From Hyalangium minutum (GTDB taxonomy: Bacteria; Myxococcota; Myxococcia; Myxococcales; Myxococcaceae), in contig NZ_JMCB01000019.1 in NCBI RefSeq assembly GCF_000737315.1, forward strand, positions 1-64,000: a stretch of DNA of 64,000 nucleotides, read 5' to 3'. The notes under the pieces were generated by a model. It did not search any database. It was not told where the DNA came from and saw nothing but the letters and a program-made list of their open reading frames with translations. Below are positions 50,785 to 60,604 of this stretch, in pieces. Both the position numbers and the translations under genes were made by a program. How positions within the stretch are numbered: position 1 is the stretch's first letter; each line of letters begins with the position of its first letter.

Positions 50785-52851
50785 ATGCCCCCGGACTCCC
50801 CTCCCTCGCTTGGCCGCTCCCTGGTGCTGGGTTGCCGGGCAGGCTTGCTCGTGTTCCTGGTGCTTTACACGGGGTGTGCCGTCTTCAACATGAAGCTCGG
50901 CTACCAGGGGAACGCCAGCCGGCTCATGGAGGAGTGGGTCTGGCAGGAGTGGCGAAGTGTGGTGCTGGGGCAGGTGGCTCGGCTCATCCTCGCGTATACC
51001 AGCGTGGGGCTCGTGCTGGGAGCGTGGATGGGTGCCGGGCTGTGGGCCCTGGGCTTCCGGCGCCGGGCGGTTTTCTGGGGGAGTGGGCTCGCGTGTCTCG
51101 CGGTGGAGGTTCCGCTGGTGCTGGCGGACTTGGCCCACCACCCGCACCTGTATGCCACGACGCTGTACGAGCGCGCCGGGTGGACGAAGGCGCTGCTGCT
51201 GGCCTTGAGCGGACAGCCACCGGGGCTGTGGCGCGCGGTGGCGCTCGGGCCGGTGGTCGCCGTGCCATTCGTGATGCTCTTCCGAGCGCTGCGCCGCCCG
51301 CCGCGCTGGGGGTATGTGCCCGCTGTGCTCGCCGTGTGGGCCGGGCTTGGCGTGCATGGATGGGGACGTGCGGAGGAGGGCCGAGAGCGTCCACCCGCTC
51401 GGCACAATCTGCTGATTCTTGCCTCGGATGGGCTGCGACCGGACCACCTCTCCGGCAACGGGTATGGCCGCCCCACATCTCCGAACATCGACCGGCTGAT
51501 GCGCGAGGGCACCCGCTTCCAGGAGACCGTGGTGCAGATTCCGCGCACCGCTCCTTCTTGGGCCACGCTGCTCACCTCGCAGTGGGCGGGCGAGCATTCC
51601 CTGCGCCACACACTGGTGGGCCAGAAGGTGCTCGAGACGCCGTTCACCACGTTCGCGAGCGCGCTCGGAGCGGCCGGGTGGCAGACCGCCGTGGTGTCCG
51701 ACTACGCGGGCGACCTGTTCTCCCGGTTCCGCTTCGGCTTCCAGCGCGTGCAGGCTCCCGCGTTCAACTTCCCGGACCTGATCCGGCAGCGGATGCTCGT
51801 CACCCACGTGGCGCTGCTGCCATGGACGGCGCTGGCGCCTGGCCTCTTTCCCGAGCGCGGCCAGCTCCCCGAGCTGACCGACCCCGCGCCGCTGCGCCGC
51901 TCCGTGCAGCGCACCCTGGATGGCTTCCGGCCCGAGGCTCCTTTCGCCCTGCTCGTCTTCGCGTCCACGACGCACTTCCCGTATGCGGCGCCCGCGCCTC
52001 AAGAGGGCCGCTTCGTCGCGGAGGGCTACCGCGGCCCCTGGCGATTCGGCGCAACGCCCCAGATGGAGCTGCCCCCGGACGCCCAGCCTCCCACGCCCGA
52101 GGACAGCGCCGCGCTCGTCGCCAACTACGACGCAGCGGTGCTGGCCTTCGATGGGCTGGTGGGCGAGCTGATGGAGGAGTTGGAGCGCCGGGGCCTCGCG
52201 GACTCCACGCTGGTGGTGCTGCTGTCGGATCATGGCGAGCACCTCTCCGATGAAGAGGGGCGCGGGCTCGGCCACGGCGAGCACCTGTTTGGGAGCGCCT
52301 CGCTGCGCATTCCGTTTGCGCTGCGGCTTCCGGGCCGGGTGGCGGCAGGGCGGACGGTGCCGGGGAGGGCTCGATCGATCGACGTGGCACCTACCCTGCT
52401 CGCGCTGCTCGGCGTGCCTGCGCCGGAGACGTTCCGGGGACGCTCGCTCGCGTCGATCGTCGCGCCCGAAGCCAAGGCAGCGGCAGTGCCGGACGCTCCG
52501 GCGCTTATCGAGACGGACTTCTGGTTCTCCGATCGGGATGGCCTGCCCTACCAGCAAGTGCGCATCCCCTATCCCTGGGTCTACGAGACCGCGACAGTGG
52601 AGCCCTCGGGGGACATTGCCCTGAAGCCCGAGTGGGAGAACACGGTAGAGGCTGCCAAGCACCGAGGGCTGTACCGAGACCGCTGGAAGTTGCTGGAGCT
52701 GCCCACACCGCAAAGCGTGAAGGTGGAGCTGTACGACGTCGTCGCCGATCCTGAGGAGCGGCGGGATGTCTCCGCCGAGCATCTGGACATCGTCACCCAG
52801 CTCCGGGAAGAGCTCGCACGCGAGCGTCCCGCGGGGCTCGCCGAGCGGTAG
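50785..52851 (+). CDS. Membrane-anchored alkaline-phosphatase-superfamily (sulfatase-like) hydrolase/transferase
   Basis: N-terminal TMs. NLLILASDGLRPD, RTAPSW, THFPY, LSDHGE, HGEHL. Confidence 0.85.
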   Translation: MPPDSPPSLGRSLVLGCRAGLLVFLVLYTGCAVFNMKLGYQGNASRLMEEWVWQEWRSVVLGQVARLILAYTSVGLVLGAWMGAGLWALGFRRRAVFWGSGLACLAVEVPLVLADLAHHPHLYATTLYERAGWTKALLLALSGQPPGLWRAVALGPVVAVPFVMLFRALRRPPRWGYVPAVLAVWAGLGVHGWGRAEEGRERPPARHNLLILASDGLRPDHLSGNGYGRPTSPNIDRLMREGTRFQETVVQIPRTAPSWATLLTSQWAGEHSLRHTLVGQKVLETPFTTFASALGAAGWQTAVVSDYAGDLFSRFRFGFQRVQAPAFNFPDLIRQRMLVTHVALLPWTALAPGLFPERGQLPELTDPAPLRRSVQRTLDGFRPEAPFALLVFASTTHFPYAAPAPQEGRFVAEGYRGPWRFGATPQMELPPDAQPPTPEDSAALVANYDAAVLAFDGLVGELMEELERRGLADSTLVVLLSDHGEHLSDEEGRGLGHGEHLFGSASLRIPFALRLPGRVAAGRTVPGRARSIDVAPTLLALLGVPAPETFRGRSLASIVAPEAKAAAVPDAPALIETDFWFSDRDGLPYQQVRIPYPWVYETATVEPSGDIALKPEWENTVEAAKHRGLYRDRWKLLELPTPQSVKVELYDVVADPEERRDVSAEHLDIVTQLREELARERPAGLAER

Positions 52852-52981
52852 GGCCGCACTTCACACTTCTTTACGAAGGGGACAAGCGCGCTCAATGCCC
52901 CCCGGGCATCTTGGGTACCGTCGCCACTGAGGCGAAGCCGAACCCACGGTCCCTTCGGGGGCCTTCTCAGGAGATAACGCC

Positions 52982-53422
52982 ATGAAGAAGAAGATCGCCA
53001 TTGCCGCCTCTGCTGTCCTCGCCGTGGTCCTGCTCAGCGGCTTCCGAGGGGGCGGCTGGAGCCGGGACCCCGAGCGCATCAAGCAGATGATCACCTGGAA
53101 GCTGGACGACAAGCTGGAGGACCTGGACGCCACGGAGGCGCAGAAGCAGGCCATCCACGGGGTGAAGGACCGGCTCTTCGAGGAGGGCAAGACGCTGGCC
53201 ACGGAGCACAAGGCCACGCGCGTGGAGGTCCTCAGCCAGCTCGAGTCGGACTACCCGGACTCGCAGAAGCTGCACAGCATCGTGGACACCCGCATCGACG
53301 CGGTGCGCGCCTTCGCTCACAAGGTGGTGGACGCCGCGCTCGAGGTCCACAAGGTCCTCACCCCGGAGCAGCGCAAGACGCTGTCCACCGAGTACCGCGA
53401 GCGCATGGGCGACCAGCCGTAG
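52982..53422 (+). CDS. Spy/CpxP-family periplasmic protein
   Basis: Signal peptide, LDATEAQ and VLTPEQRK (LTxxQ) motifs. Confidence 0.8.
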   Translation: MKKKIAIAASAVLAVVLLSGFRGGGWSRDPERIKQMITWKLDDKLEDLDATEAQKQAIHGVKDRLFEEGKTLATEHKATRVEVLSQLESDYPDSQKLHSIVDTRIDAVRAFAHKVVDAALEVHKVLTPEQRKTLSTEYRERMGDQP

Positions 53423-53513
53423 ACAAGTGTCCTCCGCGAACGGCCCGTGCCCTCGGGGACGGGCCAGTCGTGCCGCACTGAACGCCTCGGGTGAGGGAAG
53501 GTGTGCTGCGGGG

Positions 53514-54332
53514 ATGGCACGCCACTATGATCGATGCGTGGAATACACGGATTACGCCCGCCGCATCCTGTCCTATACCTCCCTCGCGGATGTGGCCGAG
53601 TACGGCCGGGTGGTGGAGGCCGGGAAGGACTATCCCCTCTTCCGGCTGACCGTCCCCGGCTCGCGCTGGCTCGTCATCACGTCCGGCTTCCATGGGGAGG
53701 AGCCTGCGGGCCCGCTGACGCTGGCGGAGAGCTTCGCGGAGATCGTGGCCTATGCGAAGGCGAGGGACGTGGGGCTGCGCGTCTATCCGTGCATCAATCC
53801 CTCGGGCTTCGAGGTGGGCACCCGCTACAACCGCAGCGAGGAGAAGCCGAACAATGACTTCCTCCGCTACGAGGTGACGCCGGGCGTCTGGAAGGGCGAG
53901 CTGACGCGCGAGGAGTCCTTCCAGCGCTGGGTGCTCTACGACGGAGGGCCCAAGGAGACGCGGGCGGTGCGCGCGGATATCGACCGATTCGCGCCTCCGG
54001 CGGCGGCGCTCGACATCCACCAGGACAACTACCTGCCGCAGGCGGCCACGTACGCGTACACGTTCGGGGACTCGGCGGCGTACCGGCCGTTGATGGAGGC
54101 GGCGGCCGCGCACGTCGCTGTCATCCGCCACCAGAAGGTGGACGAGAACCACCACACGGATGCGGATGGGCTCATCGTGTCCCATGACGGGAGCGTGACG
54201 GACTACTTCACGCGGCGGGGAGTGCCGTACACCTCCGCGCTGGAGACGACCACGCGCACCCCGCTGGCGTCGTGCCACGCGGTGAACCTCATCTGGATTC
54301 GCGGCTTCATCGATCTGGCCGCGAGAGGGTGA
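53514..54332 (+). CDS. M14/AstE-AspA-like zinc hydrolase
   Basis: GFHGEEPAG (HxxE), CINPSG, LDIHQD. Confidence 0.7.
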   Translation: MARHYDRCVEYTDYARRILSYTSLADVAEYGRVVEAGKDYPLFRLTVPGSRWLVITSGFHGEEPAGPLTLAESFAEIVAYAKARDVGLRVYPCINPSGFEVGTRYNRSEEKPNNDFLRYEVTPGVWKGELTREESFQRWVLYDGGPKETRAVRADIDRFAPPAAALDIHQDNYLPQAATYAYTFGDSAAYRPLMEAAAAHVAVIRHQKVDENHHTDADGLIVSHDGSVTDYFTRRGVPYTSALETTTRTPLASCHAVNLIWIRGFIDLAARG

Positions 54333-54436
54333 CCGCCGCACTGGAGCACCTCCGAGCCCTCCGATAGGTTCCCGCGCCGCAGTCCAACTCAGTGGGTCCG
54401 TGGCGTGAGCGCGCGGACCGGGTGTGGAGGAACTCG

Positions 54437-55318
54437 ATGGAGCGCCGTCCCCTTGGGAATACAGGCCTGCAGGTCTCCGCGTTGGGATTCGGAGCAGGAC
54501 CGGTTGGCGATGCTGCGCTGACCGAGGACGCGGCGGCGGCGCTGCTCCACGGAGTGCTGGATGCGGGGATCAACCTCATCGACACCGCGCCCAGCTATGG
54601 GGCGTCCGAGGAACGAATCGGGCGGCACCTGCAGGGACGGCGTGGGGAGTTCGTGCTCTCGACGAAGTGCGGCTACGGCGTGCCAGGGGTGGAGGACTGG
54701 ACGGGGCCGTGCATCACCCAGGGCATCGAGCTGGCGCTGCGGCGGCTGCGGACTGACGTCATTGATGTGATGCACTTCCACTCGTGCCCCATCGACGTCC
54801 TGGAGCGGCCGGGCGTGGTGGACGCGCTCACCCGAGCGGGGGAGCAGGGAAAGATCCGCGTGGCAGCGTACTCCGGAGACAACCACGCGCTGGCGCACGC
54901 GCTGAACATGGGGCGGTTCGGGTCGGTGCAGGTGTCTGTGAACCTGTTCGACCAGCGAGCCCTCGACTGGGGCGTAGCGATGGCGCGAGAGCGAGGCGTG
55001 GGGGTGATTGCGAAACGCCCGCTCGGGAATGCGCCATGGCGGTTCTCCGAGCGGCCAGGGGCGCAGGACGTGGCGCTCTACTGGAACCGGATGCGCCAGA
55101 TGGCGTTGGATCCACACGGGCTGGACTGGAGCGAGCTGGCGCTGAGATTCGCAACCTTCATGCCAGGGGTGGCCACTTGCATCGTGGGCACGACGCGGCT
55201 GGAGAACCTCCAGCGCAACGTGCAAGCCCTGGAGCGCGGCCCGCTGGCACCGGAGCACGTCTCACACATCCGAGACGCGTTCCGGCGCAATGACCACGGA
55301 TGGGACGGACAAATCTAG
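54437..55318 (+). CDS. Aldo/keto reductase
   Basis: LGNTGLQVSALGFG, IDTAPSYG, LSTKCG, MHFHS. Confidence 0.92.
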   Translation: MERRPLGNTGLQVSALGFGAGPVGDAALTEDAAAALLHGVLDAGINLIDTAPSYGASEERIGRHLQGRRGEFVLSTKCGYGVPGVEDWTGPCITQGIELALRRLRTDVIDVMHFHSCPIDVLERPGVVDALTRAGEQGKIRVAAYSGDNHALAHALNMGRFGSVQVSVNLFDQRALDWGVAMARERGVGVIAKRPLGNAPWRFSERPGAQDVALYWNRMRQMALDPHGLDWSELALRFATFMPGVATCIVGTTRLENLQRNVQALERGPLAPEHVSHIRDAFRRNDHGWDGQI

Positions 55319-56520
55319 CGCTGGCTGCCCACCACACGCGTCCACATCGCCAACAGATTGCGAACCACCGGCCCCTGCGGCACCTCCGCCACCGGTGGCA
55401 CCTCCACCAGGATTCCGTGGTCCGCCAGCCGCGTGAACGGGTTGTCCGCGTCCGCCGTCTTGATGGGCACCGAGGGATCCGCCGGCCGGAAGCCAAACTT
55501 CAACGCCCGCTCCTGCATGGGCCGGCTCCGCAGGAACTTCACCCACTTCCGCGCCGCCTCCTTCTGCGCTTCCGTCACCCAGTCCGCCTGAAGCACCGCC
55601 GCCGGGTGATCACTCCACAACGTCAACGGCGGGTAATACACCTTCAGCGTCCCCCACCGCTCCTGCGCGTTCGCGATCTGCGAGATTGCCAGGTTCTCGT
55701 ACACCACCGCGATGTCGTACCGGGACGGGCCGAACCGCACCATGTCCGTCATGAACGTGCCCGAGGATGCCTCGAACTTCGACACACCCTTCTCCAGCTG
55801 CCGGATCCACTCCTGGTACTTCGGATCCAGCAGGTCCCCCACCGTCAGCCCCGAGCGCTTGTGGTAGTACTCCAACGTCGCCAGCAGCATCGCCTGCAGC
55901 CCTGAGTTCGAGCGCGTCGGGTCCGTGTGTCCCAGCTTCACGAACCCCCACTCCGCCTTGCCTCCCACTGCCGGCCATCCCTGATCGCTCGCCACCGCCT
56001 GGTGAATCACCCGCCACGACACCGCCTTGCCCTCGTTCGCTTTCAGCAGCACGTTCGCCCGGTCTTCCCACACCACGAACACCAGCGGTGTAATCACCAG
56101 CGGCTGCGGCGCATCCTCCCCGTCCTGCGCGAACAGCGGCCCCCGCGTCCGCTCCGTGGCCCAGTCCGACTCCAGCATCCGCAGCACCGCCGTGTCCGCC
56201 GGGCTCCACACCGTGGGCTTCTCACGTCCCTCCAGGATGCCCTGCGCCGCATCCAGCGAGCCCCGTCCCACCAAAGTCACCTTGACGGACGGGTTCTCCT
56301 GTTGAAACAACACCGCCGCAGCCTCCACCCACTCCTTCTTCTCCGTGCTGTAGAGGAAGGAGATCTCCGTCACCGGCACGGGCGCCGACGGGCGGCTCGG
56401 GCCCGTGCTCCCTGCCCCGGAACTCCCCGTGTCACTGGACGTATTGCCGTGGCGGGACAGGTAGAACACCCCGCCCACCGCCAGGAGAAAGCCGAGGATG
56501 ACCAAGACCCTGGGATTCAT
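55315..56520 (-). CDS. Membrane-anchored extracellular substrate-binding protein (YfbK-associated type)
   Basis: N-terminal TM. YSTEKKEW, PTVWSPA, TPLVFVVW, THTDPTRSNSG-like GHTDPTRSNSG, VVYENL, SDHPAAV. Confidence 0.75.
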   Translation of the reverse strand: MNPRVLVILGFLLAVGGVFYLSRHGNTSSDTGSSGAGSTGPSRPSAPVPVTEISFLYSTEKKEWVEAAAVLFQQENPSVKVTLVGRGSLDAAQGILEGREKPTVWSPADTAVLRMLESDWATERTRGPLFAQDGEDAPQPLVITPLVFVVWEDRANVLLKANEGKAVSWRVIHQAVASDQGWPAVGGKAEWGFVKLGHTDPTRSNSGLQAMLLATLEYYHKRSGLTVGDLLDPKYQEWIRQLEKGVSKFEASSGTFMTDMVRFGPSRYDIAVVYENLAISQIANAQERWGTLKVYYPPLTLWSDHPAAVLQADWVTEAQKEAARKWVKFLRSRPMQERALKFGFRPADPSVPIKTADADNPFTRLADHGILVEVPPVAEVPQGPVVRNLLAMWTRVVGSQR

Positions 56521-56611
56521 GCCACCCTTTGTACTTCGTCGCGCACCCCGACGACATGGGCCTGTCCCATCGCTATATTCATCGCCTCGCCCGGTCCTCG
56601 GGCTCCGACTG

Positions 56612-56655
56612 TGTCACCTGCTTCTTGCATCCTTGTCACAGCACTGTCACGAAGC
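56612..56655 (+). promoter_or_regulatory. Pho-box-like TGTCAC direct repeats on an 11-bp lattice
   Basis: TGTCAC at 56612, 56634 and 56645 (spacings 22 and 11). Confidence 0.55.
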
Positions 56656-56691
56656 CCTGTCTTCGACCATTACGCTGGAGATCCGGCCCCT

Positions 56692-57477
56692 ATGAGAGCC
56701 TCTCGCATCCTCCTGTTGAGCCTGTGCGCCGCCCTGTCCGCCTGTGCCGCCAAGAAACCCCCGCCCCCCCAGAGCGCCTCGCTGGGTGAGACCAAACTGG
56801 AGTACCGCGACTACAGCCGCGTGAAGGGCTCCCTGTGCGGCGTGGATCCCCGCCGGCTCGGCCCCGAGCTGCAGAAGATCAACGAGGTGCTGGAGCAGTT
56901 CGTCTCCAAGACCGAGAACGCCGCCAAGCCCGAGGCCACTGCCGAGGAGGTGGAGCTGCTCCGCGAGGGCTCGCAGTCCCTGGGGCCCGTGGTGGATGCC
57001 CATGCGAAGAACCTCGCCGGGCTGAGCGCCTGCGGCTTCAAGAAGCAGGCGCCCTTCCCGGAGCTCGCCCAGAAGGGAGAGCCCATCGTCAAGCAGGCCA
57101 AGGCCCGGCTGGACGAGGCCCCCGCAGTCCTCGCCGCTGCGGACAAGCGCATCGCCGAGTCCAAGTGGCGCGAGGAGTCCGCCGCCCGCGAGGCCACCGC
57201 CAAGCAGACGTGGTGCACGGGCAAGGTGATCGTGGGCAGCGGTGACTTGTACTTCGCCCGCCAGGAGCCGGACGGGAAGATCCGCTGGAGCTTCTGCGAT
57301 GGCATCGCCGTGGAGTGGATGTCCGGCTCGGATCCCGCCGTCATCGTCCCGGACACGATCAGCAAGAAGGACCGCAAGAAGATCCAGGACAAGCGCTACC
57401 TGGAGGCCGCCAAGGGCTACCCCTCCGAGGAGATCGACAAGCTCGGCGCCGGGAAGAAGCCCGAGGCCCAGGAGTAA
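56692..57477 (+). CDS. Hypothetical lipoprotein
   Basis: MRASRILLLSLCAALSAC lipobox, helical body, four further Cys. Confidence 0.8.
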   Translation: MRASRILLLSLCAALSACAAKKPPPPQSASLGETKLEYRDYSRVKGSLCGVDPRRLGPELQKINEVLEQFVSKTENAAKPEATAEEVELLREGSQSLGPVVDAHAKNLAGLSACGFKKQAPFPELAQKGEPIVKQAKARLDEAPAVLAAADKRIAESKWREESAAREATAKQTWCTGKVIVGSGDLYFARQEPDGKIRWSFCDGIAVEWMSGSDPAVIVPDTISKKDRKKIQDKRYLEAAKGYPSEEIDKLGAGKKPEAQE

Positions 57478-57505
57478 CACCTGGCGGAAGCGGAGGGCCG
57501 CCCGG

Positions 57506-58225
57506 CTATGGCGCGTAGGTGACCACCACGTGGTTGCCCGTCACCATCAGCCGGCGCGGCACCGCGCTGCTCCCCAGGATGGCCAGGTCGAAGTTCAGCG
57601 GCGTGCGCAGGGTGCGCTTGTTCATCTCGTCCTGCAGCATGCCCTCGGCGCTTGCGTCCCGCTTGGACACCAGCCGCGCCGATACGGCCTCCGCCTTCGC
57701 GTGCAGGATGTTGCCCTCCAGGGTGAGCTGCACCTCTAGATCGGCCAGCACTCCGTTGCCGAGTGCACTCTGGAAGTCCTTCACCTGCTTCTTCGCGAAG
57801 CTGGGCACCTGGCCGGTGTAGCGCACGTTCACGCCTCGCAGGAACGCCTGGCACGAGAGCCGGTTGCGCGAGAGGAACCGGAAGCCCGTCAGCCGCTCCA
57901 CGATGATCTCCCCGTCCAGCTTGCTGTGCACCTCCCGGCCCTGCATCCGGTACGGCAGCATCTGGGTGGAGAGCTGCTCCAGCATCGCGGGCGTGTAGTA
58001 GAGGGAGAAGGTGGGCCCGCTCTGTCCCGGCGAGGCCATCTCCGCCGCGTACTGCGAGGCATCCTTCACGGACTGCTCCGCCGCCTGGAGCTTCGTGTTG
58101 AGGTCCCGCTGCTCGTCCTCCAGCCGCTTCACGCGCACGCGCGGGTCCACCGAGAAGCAGCCCGCCAGCAGCGCCCCCGCGCCCAGCGCCGCGAATGCCG
58201 TCTTCCACCCCGAGCGAGCGCTCAT
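57506..58225 (-). CDS. Hypothetical lipoprotein with N-terminal coiled coil
   Basis: Lipobox LAGC. Start overlaps the stop of the upstream gene. Confidence 0.75.
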   Translation of the reverse strand: MSARSGWKTAFAALGAGALLAGCFSVDPRVRVKRLEDEQRDLNTKLQAAEQSVKDASQYAAEMASPGQSGPTFSLYYTPAMLEQLSTQMLPYRMQGREVHSKLDGEIIVERLTGFRFLSRNRLSCQAFLRGVNVRYTGQVPSFAKKQVKDFQSALGNGVLADLEVQLTLEGNILHAKAEAVSARLVSKRDASAEGMLQDEMNKRTLRTPLNFDLAILGSSAVPRRLMVTGNHVVVTYAP

Positions 58226-58635
58226 GGCGACGCCACCGTGCAGGTGCCCGGCGCCACGCGCCAGTTGCCCGTGTTCCTCGGCGAGGAGAAGGTCGCCGTC
58301 ATCCGGTAGCTCTGGTGCGTCAGCCCCAGCCGGGCGTGCACCTCTCCCGAGCGAGGCATCCCCTTGGGCGCGGCCTTGGCCGGCATCACCGCCGTGCAGC
58401 CCAGGTTCTGAAGCCCCGCCGCGTTCTCCGCCTGCGTGGCCGACGCGAAGGACTGCTCCACCTGCGCGTCCTTCTGGCGGAGCTGCTCGCGGAGCGCCTG
58501 GTTGCTCTGCTCCAGCTCTTCCGCGCGCGCCTCGAGCGAGCCCCCGCCCCGCCTCGACGCATTGCCCGACGAGCACCCCGCCGCCACGAGCAGGAGCACC
58601 ACGGCCCCACCCCACTTCCAGGTCCGCTTCCTCAC
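58222..58635 (-). CDS. Hypothetical lipoprotein with N-terminal coiled coil
   Basis: GTG start 1 nt after the WGR gene stop. Lipobox AAGC, LEARAEELEQSNQALREQL. Confidence 0.7.
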   Translation of the reverse strand: MRKRTWKWGGAVVLLLVAAGCSSGNASRRGGGSLEARAEELEQSNQALREQLRQKDAQVEQSFASATQAENAAGLQNLGCTAVMPAKAAPKGMPRSGEVHARLGLTHQSYRMTATFSSPRNTGNWRVAPGTCTVASP

Positions 58636-58636
58636 G

Positions 58637-59509
58637 TCACGCTCCCATGCGCGCCACGCGCTGCGCCAGGTGTGAATCTCCGCCCGTCTCGATGGCACGA
58701 AGGTGTGTCTGCAGGGCCCCGCCCGCGCCCTTCAGGTGCGCCTCCAGGTGCGGCTTGAGCGCGTTCCACCGCCGCTGCCACCCCACCTCGGAGCCGCCAC
58801 GCAGTTCGGGGCGCTCGGCGAGCAGCAGCCCCATCCGCAGTGCGAGCTCCGGCTCGGCCAGCGCCTCCGCCTCGCGGGCCACCACCGCCACGCCTCCCGC
58901 TGAGCCCGCCGAGGCACGCTTCCACTGCTGCGTCACCCGGACGAACGCCGCCACGTCCAGTTCGCCCAGCAACTGCATCGCGAACCGCAGCGGCAGGCGG
59001 GGCTGCCCCTGGGGCACCACCACCTTGCCCATGAGGGACTCGAACACCGCACCCAGCGCCGCATGGGCCGAAGGGTCACCCCCTCCCAGCTTGCGCAGGG
59101 CCCGCCGGGCCCGCCGCGCCTGGAGCGCCACCTGCCAGCTCCTGTTGCCCAGCCGAGACTCCAGCTTCGTGAGCGCCTGGGCCGCCTCCGTCACCCGCTC
59201 CGCCGTAGGCTTCGTCGCGCGCACCCGGGGCGGCAACGCGGGCAGCGGCGGGGGGGCCTTCTCCTTCGGCGCGGCGGCCGCGGGCGCCGGGGCCTCACCG
59301 CCCTCCGTCACCTCGCGGTAGCCCTCGCGCAGCTTCTCGGCGACCTTCTTCTCGTACTCGCGCCGCGCGCTCTCCTCGTCCGGGAACGCCTTCTCCTTGC
59401 GCTGCCCCGCAGTGCCAATCCGCCCGTAGGTGACGATGAAGGTGCTGCCCTGCAGCTCTGGGCTCCAGAACTTGGAGCTGGAGCCCTCGACGAATTCGAA
59501 CCTGCGCAT
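58637..59509 (-). CDS. WGR-domain protein
   Basis: MRRFEFVEGSSSKFW...TYGRIGTAGQ. Confidence 0.85.
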   Translation of the reverse strand: MRRFEFVEGSSSKFWSPELQGSTFIVTYGRIGTAGQRKEKAFPDEESARREYEKKVAEKLREGYREVTEGGEAPAPAAAAPKEKAPPPLPALPPRVRATKPTAERVTEAAQALTKLESRLGNRSWQVALQARRARRALRKLGGGDPSAHAALGAVFESLMGKVVVPQGQPRLPLRFAMQLLGELDVAAFVRVTQQWKRASAGSAGGVAVVAREAEALAEPELALRMGLLLAERPELRGGSEVGWQRRWNALKPHLEAHLKGAGGALQTHLRAIETGGDSHLAQRVARMGA

Positions 59510-59562
59510 GCCACGAACCTCCCGCCTGGAGGCCGCAGGCTACTACGGACAGCCCGCCCGTC

Positions 59563-60528
59563 TCAGCCCTGCATCTCGCGCAGCCCCGCCGCCTGCGTCA
59601 TCCGCCCCTCGTAGCCCAGCTCCCGGCGTGCCTTCTCGTCGCTCACCGTCACCTCCCGCCCTGCCAGCAGCAGTTCCTGCCGGGTAATGAGCGGGTTGCC
59701 CGGCAGCGGTAGGAAGTTCCAGAGCAGCTCGCACACCGTCGCCAGCCCCATGGAGAACCCAAAGGGGATCTTCTTGTTCCCCGGATCCACTCCCTGCGTC
59801 TTCAAGAGGGAGGTGATGAACTCGCGGAACACCACCGGCTCGCCATCGGTGAGGAAGTACGCCTGGCCGCCGCGCCCCTTCTCCGCCGCGAGGAGCATCC
59901 CCTCCACGCAGTTGGCGACATGGCAGGTGGAGGTCTTGAAGGTGCCCCCGTCCACCCAGCGGAACCGGCCGGACTTCACCGCATCGACGAGGATGGGGAG
60001 CACGGAAGTGTCGCCCTTGCCCCAGACGAAGCGGGGCCGCACAACCACCGTGGTCAGCTCGGGCGAGTTCACCGAGAGCACCAGCCGCTCCGCCGTGCCC
60101 TTGGTGGAGGAGTAGTGCCCGATGGGCCGCTCGGGCAGGGGCCGCGTCTCGTCCACGTTGACCAAGGGCGAGCCATCCACGAGCACCGCCTCGGTGCTCA
60201 CGTGCACCAGCCGCTTGATGCCCGCCGCCCGCGCTGCCTCCAGCACGTTCTCCGTGCCGCGCACGTTGGCCTCGAAGAACTCGGCTCGCGTGCCCCACTG
60301 CTTCACCGTGGCCGCCGAGTGGAAAACGATCTCACAGCCCTCCATGCCCCGCTTGAGCGCGTCCACGCTGGAGAGATCGCCCTCGACCGGCTCGGCGCCC
60401 GCCTGGCGCACCACATCGAGCGAGGCCTGCGAGCGCCCCAGCGCCCGCACCGTGTGCCCCTGCTCGCGAAGCGCCGGAATGAGCCGCCGGCCCACGAATC
60501 CCGAACCGCCCGTGACGAATGCGCGCAT
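59563..60528 (-). CDS. NAD-dependent epimerase/dehydratase (3-beta-HSD-like)
   Basis: VTGGSGFVG, VFHSAA, YSSTK (YxxxK), RPRFVWG. Confidence 0.9.
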   Translation of the reverse strand: MRAFVTGGSGFVGRRLIPALREQGHTVRALGRSQASLDVVRQAGAEPVEGDLSSVDALKRGMEGCEIVFHSAATVKQWGTRAEFFEANVRGTENVLEAARAAGIKRLVHVSTEAVLVDGSPLVNVDETRPLPERPIGHYSSTKGTAERLVLSVNSPELTTVVVRPRFVWGKGDTSVLPILVDAVKSGRFRWVDGGTFKTSTCHVANCVEGMLLAAEKGRGGQAYFLTDGEPVVFREFITSLLKTQGVDPGNKKIPFGFSMGLATVCELLWNFLPLPGNPLITRQELLLAGREVTVSDEKARRELGYEGRMTQAAGLREMQG

Positions 60529-60604
60529 GCCCTTGCTCCTCTGAGAGAGCCCTCGCCTACTACCGTTCCACCCCCTTCGCCAGCGCCCAGCCCGAGCCGC
60601 CGCG

